Shown: positions 26,701-42,516 of the stretch, one piece after another
Layout of the letters: every line of letters begins with the position of its first letter
Position numbering within the stretch: the stretch's first letter is position 1
Assembly (NCBI GenBank): GCA_032718475.1
Contig: JAUCBJ010000641.1
Location: forward strand, 1 to 64,000
Direction: 5' to 3'
From: Nemertoderma westbladi
Taxonomy: Eukaryota; Animalia; Xenacoelomorpha
Length of the DNA: 64,000 nucleotides
The notes under the pieces: generated by a model
Told to the model about the DNA's origin: nothing
What the model saw: only the letters and a program-made list of their open reading frames with translations
The model's database searches: none
Position numbers and translations under genes: made by a program

Positions 26701-29700
26701 ACAAATCTTGCCTTAATTATATCCTAGCAGGCATTTAACAAATCTTGCCTTAATTATATCCTAGCAGGCGTTTAACAAATCTTGCCTTAATTATATCCTA
26801 GCAGGCGTTTAACAAATCTTGCATTAATTATATCCTAGCAGGCGTTTAACAAATCTTGCATTAATTATATCCTAGCAGGCGTTTAACAAATCTTGCATTA
26901 ATTATATCCTAGCAGGCGCTTAACAAATCATGCATTAATTATATCCTAGCAGGCGTTTAACAAATCTTGCATTAATTATATCCTAGCAGGCGTTTAACAA
27001 ATCTTGCATTAATTATATCCTAGCAGGCGTTTAACAAATCTTGCATTAATTATATCCTAGCAGGCGTTTAACAAATCTTGCCTTAATTATATCCTAGCAG
27101 GCGTTTAACAAATCTTGCATTATTTATATCCTAGCAGGCGTTTAACAAATCATGCATTAATTATATCCTAGCAGGCCTTTAACAAATCTTGCATTAATTA
27201 TATCCTAGCAGGCGTTTAACAAATCTTGCATTAATTATATCCTAGCAGGCGTTTAACAAATCTTGCATTAATTATATCCTAGCAGGCGTTTAACAAATCT
27301 TGCATTAATTATATCCTAGCAGGCGTTTAACAAATCTTGCATTAATTATATCCTAGCAGGCGTTTAACAAATCTTGCATTAATTATATCCTAGCAGGCGT
27401 TTAACAAATCTTGCATTAATTATATCCTAGCAGGCGTTTAACAAATCTTGCATTAATTATATCCTAGCAGGCGTTTAACAAATCTTGCATTAATTATATC
27501 CTAGCAGGCGTTTAACAAATCTTGCATTAATTATATCCTAGCAGGCGTTTAACAAATCTTGCCTTAATTATATCCTAGCAGGCGTTTAACAAATCTTGCA
27601 TTAATTATATCCTAGCAGGCGTTTAACAAATCTTGCATTAATTATATCCTAGCAGGCGTTTAACAAATCTTGCATTAATTATATCCTAGCAGGCGTTTAA
27701 CAAATCTTGCATTAATTATATCCTAGCAGGCGTTTAACAAATCTTGCATTAATTATATCCTAGCAGGCGTTTAACAAATCTTGCATTAATTATATCCTAG
27801 CAGGCGTTTAACAAATCTTGCATTATTTATATCCTAGCAGGCGTTTAACAAATCATGCATTAATTATATCCTAGCAGGCCTTTAACAAATCTTGCATTAA
27901 TTATATCCTAGCAGGCGTTTAACAAATCTTGCATTAATTATATCCTAGCAGGCGTTTAACAAATCTTGCATTAATTATATCCTAGCAGGCGTTTAACAAA
28001 TCTTGCATTAATTATATCCTAGCAGGCGTTTAACAAATCTTGCATTAATTATATCCTAGCAGGCGTTTAACAAATCTTGCATTAATTATATCCTAGCAGG
28101 CGTTTAACAAATCTTGCATTAATTATATCCTAGCAGGCGTTTAACAAATCTTGCATTAATTATATCCTAGCAGGCGTTTAACAAATCTTGCATTAATTAT
28201 ATCCTAGCAGGCGTTTAACAAATCTTGCATTAATTATATCCTAGCAGGCGTTTAACAAATCTTGCCTTAATTATATCCTAGCAGGCGTTTAACAAATCTT
28301 GCATTAATTATATCCTAGCAGGCGTTTAACAAATCTTGCATTAATTATATCCTAGCAGGCGCTTAACAAATCTTGCATTAATTATATCCTAGCAGGCGTT
28401 TAACAAATCTTGCCTTAATTATATCCTAGCAGGCGTTTAAAAAATCTTGCATTAATTATATCCTAGCAGGCGTTTAACAAATCTTGCATTAATTATATCC
28501 TAGCAGGCGTTTAACAAATCTTGCCTTAATTATATCCTAGCAGGCGTTTAACAAATCTTGCATTAATTATATCCTAGCAGGCGTTTAACAAATCATGCAT
28601 TAATTATATCCTAGCAGGCCTTTAACAAATCTTGCATTAATTATATCCTAGCAGGCGTTTAACAAATCTTGCATTAATTATATCCTAGCAGGCGTTTAAC
28701 AAATCTTGCATTAATTATATCCTAGCAGGCGTTTAACAAATCTTGCATTAATTATATCCTAGCAGGCGTTTAACAAATCTTGCATTAATTATATCCTAGC
28801 AGGCGTTTAACAAATCTTGCATTAATTATATCCTAGCAGGCGTTTAACAAATCTTGCATTAATTATATCCTAGCAGGCGTTTAACAAATCTTGCATTAAT
28901 TATATCCTAGCAGGCGTTTAACAAATCTTGCATTAATTATATCCTAGCAGGCGTTTAACAAATCTTGCCTTAATTATATCCTAGCAGGCGTTTAACAAAT
29001 CTTGCCTTAATTATATCCTAGCAGGCGTTTAACAAATCTTGCATTAATTATATCCTAGCAGGCGTTTAACAAATCTTGCCTTAATTATATCCTAGCAGGC
29101 GTTTAACAAATCTTGCATTAATTATATCCTAGCAGGCGTTTAACAAATCTTGCATTAATTATATCCTAGCAGGCGTTTAACAAATCTTGCATTAATTATA
29201 TCCTAGCAGGCGTTTAACAAATCTTGCATTAATTATATCCTAGCAGGCGTTTAACAAATCTTGCATTAATTATATCCTAGCAGGCGTTTAACAAATCTTG
29301 CATTAATTATATCCTAGCAGGCGTTTAACAAATCTTGCATTAATTATATCCTAGCAGGCGTTTAACAAATCTTGCATTAATTATATCCTAGCAGGCGTTT
29401 AACAAATCTTGCATTAATTATATCATAGCAGGCGTTTAACAAATCTTGCCTTAATTATATCCTAGCAGGCGTTTAACAAATCTTGCATTAATTATATCCT
29501 AGCAGGCGTTTAACAAATCTTGCATTAATTATATCCTAGCAGGCGTTTAACAAATCTTGCATTAATTATATCCTAGCAGGCGTTTAACAAATCTTGCATT
29601 AATTATATCCTAGCAGGCGTTTAACAAATCTTGCATTAATTATATCCTAGCAGGCGTTTAACAAATCTTGCATTAATTATATCCTAGCAGGCGTTTAACA

Positions 29701-32700
29701 AATCTTGCATTAATTATATCCTAGCAGGCGTTTAACAAATCTTGCCTTAATTATATCCTAGCAGGCGTTTAACAAATCTTGCCTTAATTATATCCTAGCA
29801 GGCGTTTAACAAATCTTGCCTTAATTATATCCTAGCAGGCGTTTAACAAATCTTGCATTAATTATATCCTAGCAGGCGTTTAACAAATCTTGCATTAATT
29901 ATATCCTAGCAGGCGTTTAACAAATCTTGCATTAATTATATCCTAGCAGGCGTTTAACAAATCTTGCATTAATTATATCCTAGCAGGCGTTTAACAAATC
30001 TTGCATTAATTATATCCTAGCAGGCGTTTAACAAATCATGCATTAATTATATCCTAGCAGGCGTTTAACAAATCTTGCATTAATTATATCCTAGCAGGCG
30101 TTTAACAAATCTTGCCTTAAATATATCCTAGCAGGCGTTTAAAAAATCTTGCATTAATTATATCCTAGCAGGCGTTTAACAAATCTTGCATTAATTATAT
30201 CCTAGCAGGCGTTTAACAAATCTTGCCTTAATTATATCCTAGCAGGCGTTTAACAAATCTTGCATTAATTATATCCTAGCAGGCGTTTAACAAATCTTGC
30301 ATTAATTATATCCTAGCAGGCGTTTAACAAATCTTGCATTAATTATATACTAGCAGGCGTTTAACAAATCTTGCATTAATTATATCCTAGCAGGCGTTTA
30401 ACAAATCTTGCATTAATTATATCCTAGCAGGCGTTTAACAAATCTTGCATTAATTATATCCTAGCAGGCGTTTAACAAATCTTGCATTAATTATATCCTA
30501 GCAGGCGTTTAACAAATCTTGCATTAATTATATCCTAGCAGGCGTTTAACAAATCTTGCATTAATTATATCCTAGCAGGCGTTTAACAAATCTTGCCTTA
30601 ATTATATCCTAGCAGGCGTTTAACAAATCTTGCATTAATTATATCCTAGCAGGCGTTTAACAAATCTTGCATTAATTATATCCTAGCAGGCGTTTAACAA
30701 ATCTTCCCTTAATTATATCCTAGCAGGCGTTTAACAAATCTTGCCTTAATTATATCCTAGCAGGCGTTTAACAAATCTTGCCTTAATTATATCCTAGCAG
30801 GCGTTTAACAAATCTTGCATTAATTATATCCTAGCAGGCGTTTAACAAATCTTGCATTAATTATATCCTAGCAGGCGTTTAACAAATCTTGCATTAATTA
30901 TATCCTAGCAGGCGTTTAACAAATCTTGCATTAATTATATCCTAGCAGGCGTTTAACAAATCTTGCATTAATTATATCCTAGCAGGCGTTTAACAAATCT
31001 TGCATTAATTATATCCTAGCAGGCGTTTAACAAATCTTGCCTTAATTATATCCTAGCAGGCGTTTAACAAATCTTGCCTTAATTATATCCTAGCAGGCGT
31101 TTAACAAATCTTGCATTAATTATATCCTAGCAGGCGTTTAACAAATCTTGCCTTAATTATATCCTAGCAGGCATTTAACAAATCTTGCCTTAATTATATC
31201 CTAGCAGGCGTTTAACAAATCTTGCCTTAATTATATCCTAGCAGGCGTTTAACAAATCTTGCATTAATTATATCCTAGCAGGCGTTTAACAAATCTTGCA
31301 TTAATTATATCCTAGCAGGCGTTTAACAAATCTTGCATTAATTATATCCTAGCAGGCGCTTAACAAATCATGCATTAATTATATCCTAGCAGGCGTTTAA
31401 CAAATCTTGCATTAATTATATCCTAGCAGGCGTTTAACAAATCTTGCATTAATTATATCCTAGCAGGCGTTTAACAAATCTTGCATTAATTATATCCTAG
31501 CAGGCGTTTAACAAATCTTGCCTTAATTATATCCTAGCAGGCGTTTAACAAATCTTGCATTATTTATATCCTAGCAGGCGTTTAACAAATCATGCATTAA
31601 TTATATCCTAGCAGGCCTTTAACAAATCTTGCATTAATTATATCCTAGCAGGCGTTTAACAAATCTTGCATTAATTATATCCTAGCAGGCGTTTAACAAA
31701 TCTTGCATTAATTATATCCTAGCAGGCGTTTAACAAATCTTGCATTAATTATATCCTAGCAGGCGTTTAACAAATCTTGCATTAATTATATCCTAGCAGG
31801 CGTTTAACAAATCTTGCATTAATTATATCCTAGCAGGCGTTTAACAAATCTTGCATTAATTATATCCTAGCAGGCGTTTAACAAATCTTGCATTAATTAT
31901 ATCCTAGCAGGCGTTTAACAAATCTTGCATTAATTATATCCTAGCAGGCGTTTAACAAATCTTGCATTAATTATATCCTAGCAGGCGTTTAACAAATCTT
32001 GCCTTAATTATATCCTAGCAGGCGTTTAACAAATCTTGCATTAATTATATCATAGCAGGCGTTTAACAAATCTTGCCTTAATTATATCCTAGCAGGCGTT
32101 TAACAAATCTTGCATTAATTATCCTAGCAGGCGTTTAACAAATCTTGCCTTAATTATATCCTAGCAGGCGTTTAACAAATCTTGCATTAATTATATCCTA
32201 GCAGGCGTTTAACAAATCTTGCATTAATTATATCCTAGCAGGCGTTTAACAAATCTTGCATTAATTATATCCTAGCAGGCGTTTAACAAATCTTGCATTA
32301 ATTATATCCTAGCAGGCGTTTAACAAATCTTGCATTAATTATATCCTAGCAGGCGTTTAACAAATCTTGCATTAATTATATCCTAGCAGGCGTTTAACAA
32401 ATCTTGCATTAATTATATCCTAGCAGGCGTTTAACAAATCTTGCATTAATTATATCCTAGCAGGCGTTTAACAAATCTTGCATTAATTATATCCTAGCAG
32501 GCGTTTAACAAATCTTGCATTAATTATATCCTAGCAGGCGTTTAACAAATCTTGCATTAATTATATCCTAGCAGGCGTTTAACAAATCTTGCATTAATTA
32601 TATCCTAGCAGGCGTTTAACAAATCTTGCATTAATTATATCCTAGCAGGCGTTTAACAAATCTTGCATTAATTATATCCTAGCAGGCGTTTAACAAATCT

Positions 32701-35700
32701 TGCATTAATTATATCCTAGCAGGCGTTTAACAAATCTTGCCTTAATTATATCCTAGCAGGCGTTTAACAAATCTTGCATTAATTATATCCTAGCAGGCGT
32801 TTAACAAATCTTGCATTAATTATATCCTAGCAGGCGTTTAACAAATCTTGCCTTAATTATATCCTAGCAGGCGTTTAACAAATCTTGCCTTAATTATATC
32901 CTAGCAGGCGTTTAACAAATCTTGCATTAATTATATCCTAGCAGGCGTTTAACAAATCTTGCATTAATTATATCCTAGCAGGCGTTTAACAAATCTTGCA
33001 TTAATTATATCCTAGCAGGCGTTTAACAAATCTTGCATTAATTATATCCTAGCAGGCGTTTAACAAATCTTGCATTAATTATATCCTAGCAGGCGTTTAA
33101 CAAATCTTGCATTAATTATATCCTAGCAGGCGTTTAACAAATCTTGCATTAATTATATCCTAGCAGGCGTTTAACAAATCTTGCATTAATTATATCCTAG
33201 CAGGCGTTTAACAAATCTTGCCTTAATTATATCCTAGCAGGCGTTTAACAAATCTTGCCTTAATTATATCCTAGCAGGCGTTTAACAAATCTTGCATTAA
33301 TTATATCCTAGCAGGCGTTTAACAAATCTTGCCTTAATTATATCCTAGCAGGCGTTTAACAAATCTTGCATTAATTATATCCTAGCAGGCGTTTAACAAA
33401 TCTTGCATTAATTATATCCTAGCAGGCGTTTAACAAATCTTGCATTAATTATATCCTAGCAGGCGTTTAACAAATCTTGCATTAATTATATCCTAGCAGG
33501 CGTTTAACAAATCTTGCATTAATTATATCCTAGCAGGCGTTTAACAAATCTTGCATTAATTATATCCTAGCAGGCGTTTAACAAATCTTGCATTAATTAT
33601 ATCCTAGCAGGCGTTTAACAAATCTTGCATTAATTATATCCTAGCAGGCGTTTAACAAATCTTGCATTAATTATATCCTAGCAGGCGTTTAACAAATCTT
33701 GCCTTAATTATATCCTAGCAGGCGTTTAACAAATCTTGCATTAATTATATCCTAGCAGGCGTTTAACAAATCTTGCATTAATTATATCCTAGCAGGCGTT
33801 TAACAAATCTTGCATTAATTATATCCTAGCAGGCGTTTAACAAATCTTGCATTAATTATATCCTAGCAGGCGTTTAACAAATCTTGCATTAATTATATCC
33901 TAGCAGGCGTTTAACAAATCTTGCATTAATTATATCCTAGCAGGCGTTTAACAAATCTTGCATTAATTATATCCTAGCAGGCGTTTAACAAATCTTGCCT
34001 TAATTATATCCTAGCAGGCGTTTAACAAATCTTGCCTTAATTATATCCTAGCAGGCGTTTAACAAATCTTGCCTTAATTATATCCTAGCAGGCGTTTAAC
34101 AAATCTTGCATTAATTATATCCTAGCAGGCGTTTAACAAATCTTGCATTAATTATATCCTAGCAGGCGTTTAACAAATCTTGCATTAATTATATCCTAGC
34201 AGGCGTTTAACAAATCTTGCATTAATTATATCCTAGCAGGCGTTTAACAAATCTTGCATTAATTATATCCTAGCAGGCGTTTAACAAATCATGCATTAAT
34301 TATATCCTAGCAGGCGTTTAACAAATCTTGCATTAATTATATCCTAGCAGGCGTTTAACAAATCTTGCCTTAAATATATCCTAGCAGGCGATTAAAAAAT
34401 CTTGCATTAATTATATCCTAGCAGGCGTTTAACAAATCTTGCATTAATTATATCCTAGCAGGCGTTTAACAAATCTTGCCTTAATTATATCCTAGCAGGC
34501 GTTTAACAAATCTTGCATTAATTATATCCTAGCAGGCGTTTAACAAATCTTGCATTAATTATATCCTAGCAGGCGTTTAACAAATCTTGCATTAATTATA
34601 TCCTAGCAGGCGTTTAACAAATCTTGCATTAATTATATCCTAGCAGGCGTTTAACAAATCTTGCATTAATTATATCCTAGCAGGCGTTTAACAAATCTTG
34701 CATTAATTATATCCTAGCAGGCGTTTAACAAATCTTGCATTAATTATATCCTAGCAGGCGTTTAACAAATCTTGCATTAATTATATCCTAGCAGGCGTTT
34801 AACAAATCTTGCATTAATTATATCCTAGCAGGCGTTTAACAAATCTTGCCTTAATTATATCCTAGCAGGCGTTTAACAAATCTTGCATTAATTATATCCT
34901 AGCAGGCGTTTAACAAATCTTGCATTAATTATATCCTAGCAGGCGTTTAACAAATCTTGCCTTAATTATATCCTAGCAGGCGTTTAACAAATCTTGCCTT
35001 AATTATATCCTAGCAGGCGTTTAACAAATCTTGCCTTAATTATATCCTAGCAGGCGTTTAACAAATCTTGCATTAATTATATCCTAGCAGGCGTTTAACA
35101 AATCTTGCATTAATTATATCCTAGCAGGCGTTTAACAAATCTTGCATTAATTATATCCTAGCAGGCGTTTAACAAATCTTGCATTAATTATATCCTAGCA
35201 GGCGTTTAACAAATCTTGCATTAATTATATCCTAGCAGGCGTTTAACAAATCTTGCATTAATTATATCCTAGCAGGCGTTTAACAAATCTTGCCTTAATT
35301 ATATCCTAGCAGGCGTTTAACAAATCTTGCCTTAATTATATCCTAGCAGGCGTTTAACAAATCTTGCATTAATTATTTCCTAGCAGGCGTTTAACAAATC
35401 TTGCCTTAATTATATCCTAGCAGGCATTTAACAAATCTTGCCTTAATTATATCCTAGCAGGCGTTTAACAAATCTTGCCTTAATTATATCCTAGCAGGCG
35501 TTTAACAAATCTTGCATTAATTATATCCTAGCAGGCGTTTAACAAATCTTGCATTAATTATATCCTAGCAGGCGTTTAACAAATCTTGCATTAATTATAT
35601 CCTAGCAGGCGCTTAACAAATCATGCATTAATTATATCCTAGCAGGCGTTTAACAAATCTTGCATTAATTATATCCTAGCAGGCGTTTAACAAATCTTGC

Positions 35701-38700
35701 ATTAATTATATCCTAGCAGACGTTTAACAAATCTTGCATTAATTATATCCTAGCAGGCGTTTAACAAATCTTGCCTTAATTATATCCTAGCAGGCGTTTA
35801 ACAAATCTTGCATTATTTATATCCTAGCAGGCGTTTAACAAATCATGCATTAATTATATCCTAGCAGGCCTTTAACAAATCTTGCATTAATTATATCCTA
35901 GCAGGCGTTTAACAAATCTTGCATTAATTATATCCTAGCAGGCGTTTAACAAATCTTGCATTAATTATATCCTAGCAGGCGTTTAACAAATCTTGCATTA
36001 ATTATATCCTAGCAGGCGTTTAACAAATCTTGCATTAATTATATCCTAGCAGGCGTTTAACAAATCTTGCATTAATTATATCCTAGCAGGCGTTTAACAA
36101 ATCTTGCATTAATTATATCCTAGCAGGCGTTTAACAAATCTTGCATTAATTATATCCTAGCAGGCGTTTAACAAATCTTGCATTAATTATATCCTAGCAG
36201 GCGTTTAACAAATCTTGCATTAATTATATCATAGCAGGCGTTTAACAAATCTTGCCTTAATTATATCCTAGCAGGCGTTTAACAAATCTTGCATTAATTA
36301 TATCATAGCAGGCGTTTAACAAATCTTGCCTTAATTATATCCTAGCAGGCGTTTAACAAATCTTGCATTAATTATCCTAGCAGGCGTTTAACAAATCTTG
36401 CCTTAAATATATCCTAGCAGGCGTTTAAAAAATCTTGCATTAATTATATCCTAGCAGGCGTTTAACAAATCTTGCATTAATTATATCCTAGCAGGCGTTT
36501 AACAAATCTTGCCTTAATTATATCCTAGCAGGCGTTTAACAAATCTTGCATTAATTATATCCTAGCAGGCGTTTAACAAATCTTGCATTAATTATATCCT
36601 AGCAGGCGTTTAACAAATCTTGCATTAATTATATCCTAACAGGCGTTTAACAAATCTTGCATTAATTATATCCTAGCAGGCGTTTAACAAATCTTGCATT
36701 AATTATATCCTAGCAGGCGTTTTACAAATCTTGCATTAATTATATCCTAGCAGGCGTTTAACAAATCTTGCCTTAATTATATCCTAGCAGGCGTTTAACA
36801 AATCTTGCATTAATTATATCCTAGCAGGCGTTTAACAAATCTTGCATTAATTATATCCTAGCAGGCGTTTAACAAATCTTGCATTAATTATATCCTAGCA
36901 GGCGTTTAACAAATCTTGCATTAATTATATCCTAGCAGGCGTTTAACAAATCTTGCATTAATTATATCCTAGCAGGCGTTTAACAAATCTTGCATTAATT
37001 ATATCCTAGCAGGCGTTTAACAAATCTTGCATTAATTATATCCTAGCAGGCGTTTAACAAATCTTGCATTAATTATATCCTAGCAGGCGTTTAACAAATC
37101 TTGCCTTAATTATATCCTAGCAGGCGTTTAACAAATCTTGCCTTAATTATATCCTAGCAGGCGTTTAACAAATCTTGCCTTAATTATATCCTAGCAGGCG
37201 TTTAACAAATCTTGCATTAATTATATCCTAGCAGGCGTTTAACAAATCTTGCATTAATTATATCCTAGCAGGCGTTTAACAAATCTTGCATTAATTATAT
37301 CCTAGCAGGCGTTTAACAAATCTTGCATTAATTATATCCTAGCAGGCGTTTAACAAATCTTGCATTAATTATATCCTAGCAGGCGTTTAACAAATCATGC
37401 ATTAATTATATCCTAGCAGGCGTTTAACAAATCTTGCATTAATTATCCTAGCAGGCGTTTAACAAATCTTGCCTTAAATATATCCTAGCAGGCGTTTAAA
37501 AAATCTTGCATTAATTATATCCTAGCAGGCGTTTAACAAATCTTGCATTAATTATATCCTAGCAGGCGTTTAACAAATCTTGCATTAATTATATCCTAGC
37601 AGGCGTTTAACAAATCTTGCATTAATTATATCCTAGCAGGCGTTTAACAAATCTTGCCTTAATTATATCCTAGCAGGCGTTTAACAAATCTTGCATTATT
37701 TATATCCTAGCAGGCGTTTAACAAATCATGCATTAATTATATCCTAGCAGGCCTTTAACAAATCTTGCATTAATTATATCCTAGCAGGCGTTTAACAAAT
37801 CTTGCATTAATTATATCCTAGCAGGCGTTTAACAAATCTTGCATTAATTATATCCTAGCAGGCGTTTAACAAATCTTGCATTAATTATATCCTAGCAGGC
37901 GTTTAACAAATCTTGCATTAATTATATCCTAGCAGGCGTTTAACAAATCTTGCATTAATTATATCCTAGCAGGCGTTTAACAAATCTTGCATTAATTATA
38001 TCCTAGCAGGCGTTTAACAAATCTTGCATTAATTATATCCTAGCAGGCGTTTAACAAATCTTGCATTAATTATATCCTAGCAGGCGTTTAACAAATCTTG
38101 CATTAATTATATCATAGCAGGCGTTTAACAAATCTTGCCTTAATTATATCCTAGCAGGCGTTTAACAAATCTTGCATTAATTATATCCTAGCAGGCGTTT
38201 AACAAATCTTGCATTAATTATATCCTAGCAGGCGTTTAACAAATCTTGCATTAATTATATCCTAGCAGGCGTTTAACAAATCTTGCATTAATTATATCCT
38301 AGCAGGCGTTTAACAAATCTTGCATTAATTATATCCTAGCAGGCGTTTAACAAATCTTGCATTAATTATATCCTAGCAGGCGTTTAACAAATCTTGCATT
38401 AATTATATCCTAGCAGGCGTTTAACAAATCTTGCCTTAATTATATCCTAGCAGGCGTTTAACAAATCTTGCCTTAATTATATCCTAGCAGGCGTTTAACA
38501 AATCTTGCCTTAATTATATCCTAGCAGGCGTTTAACAAATCTTGCATTAATTATATCCTAGCAGGCGTTTAACAAATCTTGCATTAATTATATCCTAGCA
38601 GGCGTTTAACAAATCTTGCATTAATTATATCCTAGCAGGCGTTTAACAAATCTTGCATTAATTATATCCTAGCAGGCGTTTAACAAATCTTGCATTAATT

Positions 38701-41700
38701 ATATCCTAGCAGGCGTTAAACAAATCATGCATTAATTATATCCTAGCAGGCGTTTAACAAATCTTGCATTAATTATATCCTAGCAGGCGTTTAACAAATC
38801 TTGCCTTAAATATATCCTAGCAGGCGTTTAAAAAATCTTGCATTAATTATATCCTAGCAGGCGTTTAACAAATCTTGCATTAATTATATCCTAGCAGGCG
38901 TTTAACAAATCTTGCCTTAATTATATCCTAGCAGGCGTTTAACAAATCTTGCATTAATTATATCCTAGCAGGCGTTTAACAAATCTTGCATTAATTATAT
39001 CCTAGCAGGCGTTTAACAAATCTTGCATTAATTATATACTAGCAGGCGTTTAACAAATCTTGCATTAATTATATCCTAGCAGGCGTTTAACAAATCTTGC
39101 ATTAATTATATCCTAGCAGGCGTTTAACAAATCTTGCATTAATTATATCCTAGCAGGCGTTTAACAAATCTTGCATTAATTATATCCTAGCAGGCGTTTA
39201 ACAAATCTTGCATTAATTATATCCTAGCAGGCGTTTAACAAATCTTGCATTAATTATATCCTAGCAGGCGTTTAACAAATCTTGCCTTAATTATATCCTA
39301 GCAGGCGTTTAACAAATCTTGCATTAATTATATCCTAGCAGGCGTTTAACAAATCTTGCATTAATTATATCCTAGCAGGCGTTTAACAAATCTTCCCTTA
39401 ATTATATCCTAGCAGGCGTTTAACAAATCTTGCCTTAATTATATCCTAGCAGGCGTTTAACAAATCTTGCCTTAATTATATCCTAGCAGGCGTTTAACAA
39501 ATCTTGCATTAATTATATCCTAGCAGGCGTTTAACAAATCTTGCATTAATTATATCCTAGCAGGCGTTTAACAAATCTTGCATTAATTATATCCTAGCAG
39601 GCGTTTAACAAATCTTGCATTAATTATATCCTAGCAGGCGTTTAACAAATCTTGCATTAATTATATCCTAGCAGGCGTTTAACAAATCTTGCATTAATTA
39701 TATCCTAGCAGGCGTTTAACAAATCTTGCCTTAATTATATCCTAGCAGGCGTTTAACAAATCTTGCCTTAATTATATCCTAGCAGGCGTTTAACAAATCT
39801 TGCATTAATTATATCCTAGCAGGCGTTTAACAAATCTTGCCTTAATTATATCCTAGCAGGCATTTAACAAATCTTGCCTTAATTATATCCTAGCAGGCGT
39901 TTAACAAATCTTGCCTTAATTATATCCTAGCAGGCGTTTAACAAATCTTGCATTAATTATATCCTAGCAGGCGTTTAACAAATCTTGCATTAATTATATC
40001 CTAGCAGGCGTTTAACAAATCTTGCATTAATTATATCCTAGCAGGCGCTTAACAAATCATGCATTAATTATATCCTAGCAGGCGTTTAACAAATCTTGCA
40101 TTAATTATATCCTAGCAGGCGTTTAACAAATCTTGCATTAATTATATCCTAGCAGGCGTTTAACAAATCTTGCATTAATTATATCCTAGCAGGCGTTTAA
40201 CAAATCTTGCCTTAATTATATCCTAGCAGGCGTTTAACAAATCTTGCATTATTTATATCCTAGCAGGCGTTTAACAAATCATGCATTAATTATATCCTAG
40301 CAGGCCTTTAACAAATCTTGCATTAATTATATCCTAGCAGGCGTTTAACAAATCTTGCATTAATTATATCCTAGCAGGCGTTTAACAAATCTTGCATTAA
40401 TTATATCCTAGCAGGCGTTTAACAAATCTTGCATTAATTATATCCTAGCAGGCGTTTAACAAATCTTGCATTAATTATATCCTAGCAGGCGTTTAACAAA
40501 TCTTGCATTAATTATATCCTAGCAGGCGTTTAACAAATCTTGCATTAATTATATCCTAGCAGGCGTTTAACAAATCTTGCATTAATTATATCCTAGCAGG
40601 CGTTTAACAAATCTTGCATTAATTATATCCTAGCAGGCGTTTAACAAATCTTGCATTAATTATATCCTAGCAGGCGTTTAACAAATCTTGCCTTAATTAT
40701 ATCCTAGCAGGCGTTTAACAAATCTTGCATTAATTATATCATAGCAGGCGTTTAACAAATCTTGCCTTAATTATATCCTAGCAGGCGTTTAACAAATCTT
40801 GCATTAATTATATCCTAGCAGGCGTTTAACAAATCTTGCATTAATTATATCCTAGCAGGCGTTTAACAAATCTTGCATTAATTATATCCTAGCAGGCGTT
40901 TAACAAATCTTGCATTAATTATATCCTAGCAGGCGTTTAACAAATCTTGCATTAATTATATCCTAGCAGGCGTTTAACAAATCTTGCATTAATTATATCC
41001 TAGCAGGCGTTTAACAAATCTTGCATTAATTATATCCTAGCAGGCGTTTAACAAATCTTGCCTTAATTATATCCTAGCAGGCGTTTAACAAATCTTGCCT
41101 TAATTATATCCTAGCAGGCGTTTAACAAATCTTGCCTTAATTATATCCTAGCAGGCGTTTAACAAATCTTGCATTAATTATATCCTAGCAGGCGTTTAAC
41201 AAATCTTGCATTAATTATATCCTAGCAGGCGTTTAACAAATCTTGCATTAATTATATCCTAGCAGGCGTTTAACAAATCTTGCATTAATTATATCCTAGC
41301 AGGCGTTTAACAAATCTTGCATTAATTATATCCTAGCAGGCGTTTAACAAATCATGCATTAATTATATCCTAGCAGGCGTTTAACAAATCTTGCATTAAT
41401 TATATCCTAGCAGGCGTTTAACAAATCTTGCCTTAAATATATCCTAGAAGGCGTTTAAAAAATCTTGCATTAATTATATCCTAGCAGGCGTTTAACAAAT
41501 CTTGCATTAATTATATCCTAGCAGGCGTTTAACAAATCTTGCCTTAATTATATCCTAGCAGGCGTTTAACAAATCTTGCCTTAATTATATCCTAGCAGGC
41601 GTTTAACAAATCTTGCATTAATTATATCCTAGCAGGCGTTTAACAAATCTTGCATTAATTATATCCTAGCAGGCGTTTAACAAATCTTGCATTAATTATA

Positions 41701-42516
41701 TACTAGCAGGCGTTTAACAAATCTTGCATTAATTATATCCTAGCAGGCGTTTAACAAATCTTGCATTAATTATATCCTAGCAGGCGTTTAACAAATCTTG
41801 CATTAATTATATCCTAGCAGGCGTTTAACAAATCTTGCATTAATTATATCCTAGCAGGCGTTTAACAAATCTTGCATTAATTATATCCTAGCAGGCGTTT
41901 AACAAATCTTGCATTAATTATATCCTAGCAGGCGTTTAACAAATCTTGCCTTAATTATATCCTAGCAGGCGTTTAACAAATCTTGCATTAATTATATCCT
42001 AGCAGGCGTTTAACAAATCTTGCATTAATTATATCCTAGCAGGCGTTTAACAAATCTTGCATTAATTATATCCTAGCAGGCGTTTAACAAATCTTGCCTT
42101 AATTATATCCTAGCAGGCGTTTAACAAATCTTGCCTTAATTATATCCTAGCAGGCGTTTAACAAATCTTGCATTAATTATATCCTAGCAGGCGTTTAACA
42201 AATCTTGCATTAATTATATCCTAGCAGGCGTTTAACAAATCTTGCATTAATTATATCCTAGCAGGCGTTTAACAAATCTTGCATTAATTATATCCTAGCA
42301 GGCGTTTAACAAATCTTGCATTAATTATATCCTAGCAGGCGTTTAACAAATCTTGCCTTAATTATATCCTAGCAGGCGTTTAACAAATCTTGCCTTAATT
42401 ATATCCTAGCAGGCGTTTAACAAATCTTGCATTAATTATATCCTAGCAGGCGTTTAACAAATCTTGCCTTAATTATATCCTATCAGGCGTTTAACAAATC
42501 TTGCCTTAATTATATC
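20756..42516. repeat. 37-bp satellite, right block, ~588 copies
   Basis: Same unit and orientation as the left block; resumes in register after the TTAA. Ends at ...TTATATC|GAGTAC. Confidence 0.98.
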
